From contig CM068753.1 in NCBI GenBank assembly GCA_035084275.1, positions 2,666,001 to 2,730,000 of the forward strand: DNA of 64,000 nucleotides. The letters are read 5' to 3'. The number at the start of each line of letters is the position of its first letter. Positions within the stretch are counted from its first letter, which is position 1. This DNA is from Hydrolagus colliei (taxonomy: Eukaryota). The notes below the pieces were generated by a model, which saw only the letters and a list, made by a program, of their open reading frames with translations, was not told the DNA's origin and did no database searches. Both the position numbers and the translations under genes were made by a program. Shown one piece after another: positions 14,101 through 25,400 of this stretch.

Positions 14101-16869
14101 AAACTACTTCTCGGACTTTTAGGGGGTAATTTATCTTCCTTCCAGCTTGCAAGATTATTATCAGTTTGAATTTAGATTAAATATTATGTTGACAAATGGA
14201 TTTCCAGTATGATACATTTCTTACCCTTTAAAGGTACTAAGCTGTGGTAGAATAATATCCAATTTGAGTTATTTGAAGGAAATACTTTCACCAATTTATT
14301 TCAAGGATTAGTATTCTTCCTGACCTGAAGAGTATGTATGTTGCATGAGGGTAATTCCATACAATGTGTGACACCACTACAAAAAGTTCATTGTGTCATT
14401 TGATTTAAACGCCTGACATGGATCAATAGTGTATAAGGTGAAGTTTCAAATTTAACAGTTACAAGACATAAGGTGGCCATTGTGGTTTTCAAATTGGCCA
14501 CCAAATTATGCTTTATTGTGGTAGTCAAAAGAATAGTATTGATGTACAACTTGCTTGCTGCATTTCTGCCCTACTGTGTATCTAATTATATAACTTGTTT
14601 GAGTTTTAGCTTCTTCATGAGACAGGTTATTAAACAGATAACAAGAATTAGGTGATATAATTACTTGACAGCGACAAAATATATTAAAGTATAATGTATA
14701 TTAATGTAATATCAGTTACTGGGAACATACTTTTTTTAATTTATGATACAGCCATTGAGAGATATTTGATGGTGCTTCATATTTTTCCTCTATAGTCAAT
14801 CCCCTCCCAAACCAGCCTGAATGTAGAGTGAACGTGGGTTTATCTTTGTTTAAATCAGCTCAGTAACATGTGTAACATCAGTTACCATAGCATCAGTTAC
14901 CAATGTGTAACATCAGTTACCAGAAATTCTGCATTATTCTGCATCATGCTCCCAACTTCTACTTATGCATGTATAAAAAAAGTAGATTACTTCATCATCA
15001 TTTTGAAATTATAGACACTGCCAAGTAAGTACAGGTATGTTATTTTATTGTAAATATCAAAAAGTTACACAAAGGAGAAAAGGAACATTTATGCATTGTT
15101 TCATGATTAATAAAGAATGCAAATTCACATACATCATATTTTTGTGAATGTGATTCAGTAAGCTTTGAATTTTTTTTTACTGCCTCCGGTTAATTTTCTG
15201 CATCATAGCATGATCAAACTGCTAAAGAGTTTCCAGTTAGAACTAAATTGTGTACATGTATGAGAAGTTCATGCTAATTGAGTATTTAGTGTATGCTGAA
15301 AAAATAACTTGTGAGATTTTATATGGTAGGTCTACTTAGTAAAACAGATTGGACAGGTGCACACTTCATATAAATGTATTTTTTGTATTTGTTTTTACTT
15401 GTTTTTCACTTCACATGTGCATGTACTTCTGTTTCTATCTGAACGTATACAAAAAAAATGTTGCTTCCAGGATGTGTATTTGATATGAAATTCTTGTTTT
15501 TTTTTATCTTCATACATGTTTATAGGGCTACTATTGGTCTTAAATGATTATCATAGTCAACTTTCTTTAGAAATAAAGTGAAAGATGCTACATGTATACT
15601 GTACATGTGTGTCTGCCCTTTACTAAAGTTATAACATGTATCATCCATGTATTGTCACTTTATCAACCCATTTTTGGAGACTTTCTTAAACCATTCTTTT
15701 CTCAGTTATGTTTTTTCTTTGCCATGAACTTCTTTACTGTATTGAAATCTGGGTGATAAATAAATTTTTCTTAAATACTTGCCCAATTAGGCAAATTAGT
15801 ATTTTTTTCAATATTAGAAAAATTGCTTGCCTGAGCATAACATTTCTATAACCCTATAACTGTTTCATACAACTAAAATGGATTTTCCACCAGCTCAAGT
15901 TGGGCAAGTTGTGTACTTCGCTGAAAGAAGTACTTGCTTGATTTTAACTTTGACTGGCCCTGGGCAACCAGGTAACCAGGCAAGAGCTTCTGTGGCACCC
16001 TGGTTAATGTTCTTTCTACACTGGTGCAAAGGTCTAAGACTCTAAATACAGCTTACTTGGGGTTTTCCAATTATATGATCTCTTACATTAACCTTACACT
16101 TAGCAAAAAGGAGTGTAACCTCAGTTATCCATACTTGCATGTTAGAATGGCAATAATTCAATGCATACCTGCCCAAATTCCTTACTCTATTGCCCAGCTG
16201 TAGTATGAAAACCAATTATAATCTCACATAAAAATCATCTCCCAGTAATGCACAGGGACATGAGATATCTTAGTGCAATAGAGTACCCAGGTTTTTGGTG
16301 TCCTTTTTGCGTAACGTCAAGTTCTTGCCCGTTGCTCATGAAAAGAAAGTCAATGCAAAAAGTCCTCTTCACTTAATTACACACAGCTTTTATAACCATT
16401 ATCAGGAAATAGCCCTGTCAGTCTCATTTACTTAGCTGTATTGGACTTTACTGTGCAAAAATCCTGCATCTGTAACATCAGTTACAATGGATTTGCCAAT
16501 GAGAAGAATTAGGCATGTCTCAATACATTTTACATCTAACACTTGCTATATTGACTAACAGACACACTGGTCAATGATGTACCAGCTACATTAATAGAAA
16601 AGGAAGTCAGGTTTGAATGTTTCTGATGGAAGGATGCATGCATGGCTACCTGTGATGCATTTGTTTTGAGCTTCTTTGTGAGATCAGATTTTATATCAGG
16701 AATCATAAACTATCAAAAATGAACATTGGTATTTGTCCTTTACTTCTCATTTACACCAGCTAATTAGGCTAGATTTGGATGGATGGAGGGAGGGCTCTCC
16801 CTATAGATGCTGCCTGAGTGTTCCCAGCCAATTCTATTTTCCTTTGTGGATAGATAGATGGACGGATCC

Positions 16870-17062
16870 AGCAATAATAATCCTTTCAAAAAAAATTGAT
16901 CACTCATCCACAACTGTTTGTGCTGTGCTCAAATGGCTGCAGCGTTTCGCCCACAAATATACAGTCAATTCACTTTACAGCGTATTCTGTGAGGCGCTTT
17001 GAGACGTCCACAAGAAGTGAAAAGCGTGATTTCAAATGCAAGGATTATTATTATTATTATTA
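16870..17062 (+). mobile_element. tRNA-SINE copy, 5'-truncated
   Basis: Core, tail and (tta)n. Confidence 0.8.
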
Positions 17063-17804
17063 TACAGACAGATGATAAAATTGATGGATAAGAGGATGGA
17101 TGGCTGAGGGATAGGTGGGGTTGGGTGGAACCAAAATAAATATAATGAAAGAATATATTAAATCATAAATATCAACAATTGGTTAGATTTTGAAAGCATG
17201 AATTTGACAAATCCTAGACTATTGTTTTAAATTGTGCGTTCCATATTGGTAAGACCAGTTAACAAAGTTTTCCTACACTGTAACATTTGATGCACAGTAA
17301 TCTTTCGTACATTGGACAACAAATCACTATTTACAGATTACTTGTATATAGAAAAGTACAATTGATAGCTATGCCTCCAATTTACATTGAATATATGTTC
17401 AATTTAAATTTAATAGAGCTGAAATTGAACAGTACTGTATCTAGCTGACAGAAAAATAATAATTGATTACATGCAGCAAATTAGGGGAGAACTTCTAGCT
17501 TGACAACAGCAATAACATTAGTGGCCAATGTTTTAGCAGAATGCTTGATTAGAAAATATTGATTTTCTTGCTGAGCGAATGTACACATCAATCACATTCA
17601 TGGATTTACAGATTGCTTTATAAAATGAGAACAGAACTGACACTCTCTGTTGGCCCTAGCAGAGATGAACCCTTGGAAACATAGTTCCCTTTACATACGT
17701 GTCGAAATTGCCATTTACCATCCAACAGTTCGAAAATACTGCCTTCCTTCTGTTTCATGAACAGAAACGCATGCCAGGCTGCAACCATACTAAAATCATA
17801 ATCT

Positions 17805-18240
17805 TAAACTTCGCTCCCCCATTACCCCAGTCCTTGCCAGACTTCACTGGCTCCCTGTACCTGAGAGGATCGACTTCAACATATTCACCCTTGTTTTCAA
17901 GTCCCTCCACTCCTCTGTACCCCCCTATCTCTCTGATCTCCTCTCCCACCAACCCAGCACCCGCTGCCTTCGCTCCTCAGGGTCTGGCCTCCTCCGTGTC
18001 CCCCCGAATGCTCCGCTCCACCCTCGGCGGCCGAGGCTGTGGAACTCCCTTCCTCACTCCCTTCGCCCTCGCCCCCTCTCTCTCTCTTCCCAGTTTCAGG
18101 TCACAGCTGAAGACCTTTCTCTTCGACAGTGCCTTTGGTCACCTTTCTGCCCCTGCCCCTGGCTCGGTCCCAGGATCCGCTATTGTGAAGCGCTCTGAGA
18201 CGCTGTCCGGCGCTGTATACATCAAAGTTGTTGTTGTTAT
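17805..18240 (+). mobile_element. L2 LINE 3' fragment
   Basis: PVLARLHWLPVPERIDFNIFTLVFKSL remnant; tail gtgaagcgctctgagacg...(gtt)n. Confidence 0.85.
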
Positions 18241-18317
18241 AATCTGATTAATACAAAAAAATCTTAATTTTTTGTAAGAAAAATTCAAAATCTAACAAAA
18301 GGTGACATAACAATAAC

Positions 18318-18680
18318 TGATATTATTGCATTTGATATACTGCTTTTCATGTCTTCTGGACGTATCAAAGCGCTTCAACAGAATAATAATAATAATCCTT
18401 GCATTTGATATAGCGGTTTTTCACGTCTTCTAGACGACGTCTCAAAGCTCTTCACAGAATATACTGTAAAAGTGTAGTGACCGCATACATATTTGTGGGT
18501 GAAACACAAATATAGCCAATTGCGCACAGCAGCGTTCCCCCACCTCCCCCACCACACACACACAAACATTGATTGAAAATGACCAATTGTATTATTGTGG
18601 TGTTTTTTGTCGCAGAGATTATTATTAGGCACGTGTGTGTGTGTGTGTGTGTGTAGAGTAATAAGGAAACTTGCCCCCCC
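18318..18680 (-). mobile_element. tRNA-SINE copy with an extra tail fragment
   Basis: Two successive reverse tails, then core and taaggaaacttgccc. Confidence 0.8.
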
Positions 18681-18999
18681 AGGTAAACCCAAACCTAAAT
18701 ATCAATCTAAATGTAAACAAACATAAATAACTAAATAACTAAATAAGACAAGTTACCAATATCAAGAGTTTGAATCCTAGGGGAAGGAAAGAAGCCACAC
18801 TAAAGCCAGCTGCTTGATATAAACTCCAGATTAAAAAAAGGCTTAGACAAAAAAATATATCTTTGGCTCTTCAATGAGGGTGTTTCCAAATGTCAGGCAG
18901 AGGACACAGCCGTTTCTGTTTGTACTTTGCAAGTTAAAGGAGGCGGACACAAATCTAGACCATCTCCAGCCAGCCATCTTGCTTTCTTTCTTCCCGCCT

Positions 19000-19480
19000 T
19001 CTCCACGGTAGGCGTTTTGGACCAATCAGAGCCGCTCCTATTGTCACACGCCTCCCGCCCTTCCCGCCCCCGCCCTTCCCGCCCCCGCCTTGCCGGGGAG
19101 CATGTGACACCTTTTACAGTAAGAGCGGTTCCGATTGGCTGGTTGGCTGAGTGTGGAGGCGATCGGACCAATCGGAGCCGATCGTATTGTCACACGCGGC
19201 GCGCGGCGCCGGCAGGCGTGCCGACCTTTACAATAAGAGCGGGCTCTGATTGGCCCAAAGGAGGCTTTTTTTTTGGGGTGGGGGGCGCAATCAGAGCGGC
19301 TCTTATTGTAAGGTCGGTCGCTCCCGGCGACGCGAGCAGTCTGAGTCCATTAGTCAGTCAGTCAGTCAGTCAGGCGGTGGTTTGTTGTTGTTACCTCAGT
19401 CTCCCTCCCCCCCCCTACACACACCCCGCTTCACTACCGACCCGGGCTGTGTCGTGTTCCCCCCCATGACGACTGTGCCA
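19000..19480 (+). promoter_or_regulatory. CCDC66 CpG-island promoter with multiple CCAAT and GC boxes
   Basis: High CpG density; CCAAT/ATTGG at 19022, 19134, 19168 and 19249; CCCGCCC repeats at 19053-19089. Confidence 0.8.
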
Positions 19481-19490
19481 TGAACCTGGG
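19480..19490 (+). CDS. CCDC66: CCDC66 coding exon 1 (MNL-G)
   Basis: ATGAACCTGGG|gtaaac at the end of a CpG island; joins exon 2 to give MNLGDGLKLET. Confidence 0.88.
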
Positions 19491-22400
19491 GTAAACTGAT
19501 CTACCCTTTATCTCTCTCTGTGTGTGTGTGTGTCTGTCTCCTGTACTGTAACTGGAGTTACTTTAATTATCGTTATCAACGACAACAAGACACTTGTATT
19601 AAAATCAGCGCCCTTTTCAGGGCTCAGGTTCAAGCGCGCTCTGAGACGCTAAACTATAGTACACCCACTCGCGCGTGCGTCTATGTGTGTGTGTGTGTGT
19701 GTGAGAGAGGCGCTGTTTTTATTTAACCAATGCAAATTCTTCTTGTTCCTGGTGATTATTTTGAGGGTGATTTATGAAGAGACGTCCTTTATGGAGGATG
19801 TCCTCTCGGCCCGAAGTGTAAAATGTTGTTGTTGTTGTTGTCGTCGTCGGTGTGTTTATTGTTGGTGTTGTGGTGTTAGTTGTTGTTGTTGTGACGGTAT
19901 ATCTTTCAGCCTCTCTCTCTCTCTCTCTCTCTCTCTCCCACACACCCCTCCACCCCCCACTATGGAACTCTATCCCGCAAACCCTTCGCCTCCCTTCCTC
20001 AAAGTGCTTCGCAGGATATACTGTCAAGTGTGGTGGGACTGTATATTGTGGGTGAAACGTGGCAGCCAAGTTGCGCACAGCCACTTTTCCCCTTGCTTCC
20101 CCGTTTTTTGAGATGTGAGATCATTGTTTAATCGGTGCGCAATAGTGCAATAGATTACCTTGTTGAAGAGCGAGCCATAGTAAACAATGGGGTCGCTGTA
20201 AATCTAGTTATCCTCCACTGTACTGTAGTCATGGACATTGTCATGGAAAAGCACCCTGATAAAAAGTTTACTTGAAGCTGGAGCACGTCTTGAAATGAAT
20301 AAAAATATTAATCCTTGCAATGTAAATCAACTGGAAATTGAATTGACTGTATAATTGTGGGCGAAACGCGGCAGCCAATTCCGCACAGCAGTGTATCACA
20401 AACAGTCATGGATTGAAATGACCATTTTATTATTGTTTAGGTGTGTGGACTAAGGAAATTTGCCTAAGCTTTCTATTGTCAGCCTGCGACTGAAAGGTGC
20501 TGCCAGAGAAGACCAGCTTATTCTGTTTTGCGAAAATTTTACATCAAGAACCTGCGAACAGAGGAGCCAAAGTCACGAATATTTAATGCGCAACAGTTCA
20601 TTAGCTTTATAAAGCAGAAATATGTGCAATTTTACATTGATACAATAAGCAGGGTTACAATGTATATAACATAGGACTGACAATATCGAAGTCTACAGGC
20701 AGGAGGCGAACTTCTCTTGTTTGGGAACACCGATAATAAAAGGCGATCAATCTCTTGCAGCTGCGTTCTTCTATCGTTTCAGTCTGTTCTGTTTTCTTTC
20801 AATGTTGCTGAAATCTTGAAACAGAATGAGGAGGGGGGGGGGGGAAAATACCTTCTCGCCAACTTGAATTCAGTACTCAGTCTGATCACAATGAACTTTA
20901 GCTTTTATTGTGGTTCCTTTTTTAAAAAAACCATTAGGTTAATCCGTGCGTCTACGTGTCCTCACCCACCTGATAGTTGTTTAATTTGCTGGGGCTGATC
21001 TGATTGAAACAATGCAGGACACATACATCAACAATTAGCAAGACAAGTTGCAGCAGCGATAAATTCACTTGTGAACCAATTTAACTATTCAAGGCACAAT
21101 ATAGTGATGTTCTTTCATAACATTTTATCTAACTTTATACTTGTTACGCTGGCAACCTTCAATATAAATTCTACTACTCAGCTCAATTTAATTGGGCTTC
21201 GAGGTTTTCAAGTCATTTTGTTACTGACTGATGAACATAAGCAACTTTCACCTAATCAAAACACCTAAATTTTAATCAAGATTGGCATTTTACAGGTCAT
21301 CTCGATACTTGCTAACAAGCATATGCATATCTAACCCTAACAATAAGCATATCCACAACAGAAGGGAATTGTCTCCCAGTGTTGTGATCCCAATCTATAA
21401 ATAAAGTTGGTGATTCACTGTTGTTGGGATTTCCGATCTGAGGTTCGAAATGTGACCCGACAATCCAATTAAGGTGTGATAGGGCTTTATTAATCAAAGC
21501 AACAAATACAAAATAACTAAAATACTAATGCCACTAGAAGTAAAAACATATACTACCGGTTTCGGAGCAGTCAATTGCAAGTCAATTTCTATGCATCTCT
21601 CTGCGGGAACTGTTGCTTTTCTTGCCCAAAGTTAGGATAGTTATACTATTTGCCCCTTGTATCCTCCCCTCAATTCCCCTAATCGCATTCCTTGTCAGTT
21701 CCTTATCTGTACTTTACAGGTAACCCACGCTGGGGGGGGTTCCCTGAGATAAAGCAGCCTACCCGTTACTCCTTAATATGTGACGGCTTGTTTCTCCCTT
21801 CCTTGGGTCGGTGCCTGTCTCTGAGTGGTAAAAACAATTAGATAGATTGGCGTGGGTTTACAGAAAGCTTGGTTGCTTTAATTAGGTATATTTAAAGGAA
21901 TCCGTTTTTCTATATTATCAGCGAGCGACAGCCCGCTCCTCTCTCGGAACTCGTTCTTTATCTTGCTCCTTCCATTGCAACTGACTTGTTAACCGCTAGA
22001 GCTAAAGCAGCTTATCAAGTAAATTCTTAACATATTTGGTTCTAGTCAAGAGTAAGTAGTTTCTAACAGTTTCTATTCATTTCTGACAGTTTCTTTTTGC
22101 TCAATATCAACCTTTTCTAACAATGTGGGTTGGCTGCCCTCTTCCCCCCCCCCCCCCCCCCCCCAGGCATTACAGTAAATTCTGTGAAGCACTTTTGAGG
22201 CTTCCTCCAAATGTGAAAGGCACTGTATCAAATACGATGATTTTTTTTATGCATAGTAACTTTAGGAGGACACCAAAAAAGATATCTACAAAGCTTAGTG
22301 ACTAAGAGCGGTCAAAATAGGTAGGAACAACATGTACTTCCAACATTCCTTTTCTGTGGCAGAGTTTTCAGCAATTCATCTTTACTAGATCAAGCTAATC

Positions 22401-25400
22401 CCTTGATTAGTGGGCCAAGTATTTCATCAAATGAGGTTGAATTACAGTACCACTGCTCCAAAGGAGTGGTGAGTATTCTGAGATGGTCACCAATATTAAT
22501 CCCATCAATGGTGTATAATTCTAAATAGGCTATCTTGTTTCTGGAAGACACATTTCCTGTAGATATGTAATTAAGATAATTTGTTCGCTTGGATTCAGAG
22601 GATAAAAGTGCAATATCTTTTTTCAGGGCCCTTTTATTATTGCACTTTGGAAGATTAGCTGAATCTGGAGAGACTGGGATGCAAACCCTGATTTGTGTGA
22701 TTTATTGTTGCCTTAACCCACAGGTGTGGGAAGGAATAGTGATTTAATTGATGTGTATAAGAGCAATTTTTTCCTTTTTGTAGGGATGGTTTAAAGCTTG
22801 AAACACAGCTTTTAAATGGAAAGGCTCGAATACTTTTAGCACTTTGTGGTAAGTGTCAATTTTTAAATAATGCTTCTTCACTTGAAAAGCTAAAAATGTT
22901 AAACAACAATAAAATAACATTTGCCTAACACCTTTCACATCGGGAAGACGTGCCTAGGCGCTAAACTAATTAAAGTGAAACCGATGCTTACCTGTTCTGC
23001 ATTATTCATGGTTATTCTAATTTTATTTGTATAGATGAATCGGAAAAAGACACAAAAAAGGTAAATAGTTCAAAATGTTTTTTTATTTGTGCAGATAATT
23101 TAGATGTTACCAACAGAAGGCTTTCAGATTTTGCTCGGTGTACGTATCCTGGCAGTTTATGGCTTGTGTGATTGTATTAGTTCTGAAACAATCTCGCCAA
23201 CACTTCTAGTGGATCTCACAAGTTGATCTCTTCAACCTGTTACCAAGACTTAGTAGTCTTGGTAGCATGTGTAATGTGAAAGTAAACTTTTATCCAGTGA
23301 TAAAGATCAAGGTAGTTTTATTGTTTAAATCACGTAGTTGTATATCATAATCTTATAGAAATAACTGCATAGTTTTAAGAAAGCTTAAGTATAAGACAAT
23401 ATTCTAAGCTGCAATATATATTTCAAAATAATTGACAGATAAAGAGCAAGCACAGAACTCGGACTCAACTGCTTAGAACCAAACAGGCAATCCAGGAACT
23501 TTCCCCAACCCCTGAAAGCTATTCTACGACAGAAAAGACGGCACTGAAACCTGCTGTAAATCTTACTGCTGCTGTGCCCGAGAACAGTGCAAATAAAGAA
23601 CTGATCACGGCCAAAACTGGACCAGCTAATTCTAAACAAAATCATGGGGAAGCAACGCTTAAGACTGGCCAGTCTGGAACTAATTTGCAAAAGCCTAAAA
23701 CTACAGTTAAGAAGGTTCCCACGTCTAAACAGCCACCGGGACATCAAAAGATCTTGTCGGAAGACGTGACAAAAAATTTGCTATGTCTGACCCAGGAGCA
23801 ACTCCAGCAGATCTTGTCCTCCATAGGTCACATTAAAGGAAATTCCCATCAAAATCAGGAAGAAGTTAAAGGTACAATCCCAGCTACTGTTGGTGGCACC
23901 AGAGGAATATGATGCTCTGCTAGCGTTTGGTAGTTTGATACGTGTGTCCATTGTATTTTAAATGAAAACTATTATGTTCCTATTGTGTATATTTCTTCCC
24001 TTTGCTGAGCATTCGTTGCTCCAAGTCCATTGTTTTGACAGCCGTTAACATGTCCTCTTGCTGAAGTGCACGTTTCGCCTGAGGGCCTAGAGCTTTGTGA
24101 CAGCCTGAGCCTCTGAGCTACACCTTGTCCTGTTCATGTTAGGCCCCCACACAGGTGACCCTTTAACAGAGATTGCTGACAAGCATTAATGATCTCTTGG
24201 CTGACTTGCCACCAACATGATTCATTAAAAGTTCTACTTAAATATTTTTTGAAAACTCCCCTACCCCAAAAGGTCTGTGAAGATTAGGTTTCTGCAAGGA
24301 GCTACAAATGTCTTGTTTCTGATTAGAACAAAAAGTCAAAGAGAAGGGAGTTGAGGGAGTCGTGGCTGCGGAGGAAATAACCAGGCCAGACTGCAAGGCC
24401 GCTCAGTTGAACAACTCATCACAACAACCAGGGGGACCTAATGATTGTGGAGCAGGCGGCAAAAACGTTAACCCTGACGGCAGGTAGGTGTTGACAGTAG
24501 CCTGGCTCAGTTTGAAACACTCTCCCGTCCACGTCAGAAGGTTGTGAGTTCAAGCCCCACGCGGGGACTTGGAACTCGTAGTCTAAGCTGATAGTATTGC
24601 ATTATCGGCGGTGCTATCTTTTGGATGAGATGTTAAACTGAGATCCCTTCTGCAGTGCCTTGGGGCGTCCTTCCGACGTGAAAGGCACTCTATAAATGTA
24701 ATTTTGTCGTTGGTGTTGCTTGTTCAGGTAGATATTAAACATCCTATGGCATGTCACTATCCTCTATCACTATCTCATAGGAAACAAAATAATTATTTCC
24801 CTGCTATTGTTGATTATTCCAGAATCTTTTGGCATTGTGTCTATGAAGAGTTCATATAACTGTAAAAGATGATCTCTTGCGTTTGGACTTGATCATTCTG
24901 TAGAAACTGATAAGAGCTGCTTTCAGCTACAGAACAATGCATTGTTTAATTAAAAATTTACACTATAAAAGCTGTTGGAAAAGCGTAAGTGTGACAACAA
25001 AATCAGATTATTTTTGTAATTGAGCAGCACCTGCAAGCAAGGCGAAGATGGTTTGTTCACTTACTTTGGAGAAAGAGAAAATGGGAAGGAACTCCTGGAA
25101 GCCAGGAAAATCCAGTGGAGGAAAGAGCTGGGTATGTACTGTAAGCTGTGGAAGTGTTCTTTTTTTAAAAAAGGAACCTTTTCGGGAAGTTTATCTGTGG
25201 AAAAAGAAATCACATATATATATATTTAACTTTCCTAAATGGGGTCTATGAGATTGATTTTGCAAGCAAAATTTAAATATTAATAAATCGCTATCATTTG
25301 ACATTAATTAATTGAAAATTGCTTTTGAGAATTTCAGTCTAAAGTTCTTAAAACAACAAGCTATTCAACTATTGGGGCTTGAGAGTCAAACAAGATGATA

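Noticed and set aside
15770-16002. Possible hAT-type transposon right end (ggccctgggcaacc...caccctg)
   Set aside because: No matching left TIR or 8-bp target-site duplication found
17699-18247. 182-aa ORF
   Set aside because: Frameshifted L2 remnant, not a host gene
19022-19317. Repeat-spacer look reminiscent of a CRISPR array
   Set aside because: Vertebrate DNA, repeats alternate in orientation and are degenerate, and no cas genes are present
18927-19469. 180-aa ORF over the CCDC66 promoter
   Set aside because: GC-rich repeat-built promoter, non-ATG start and no homology
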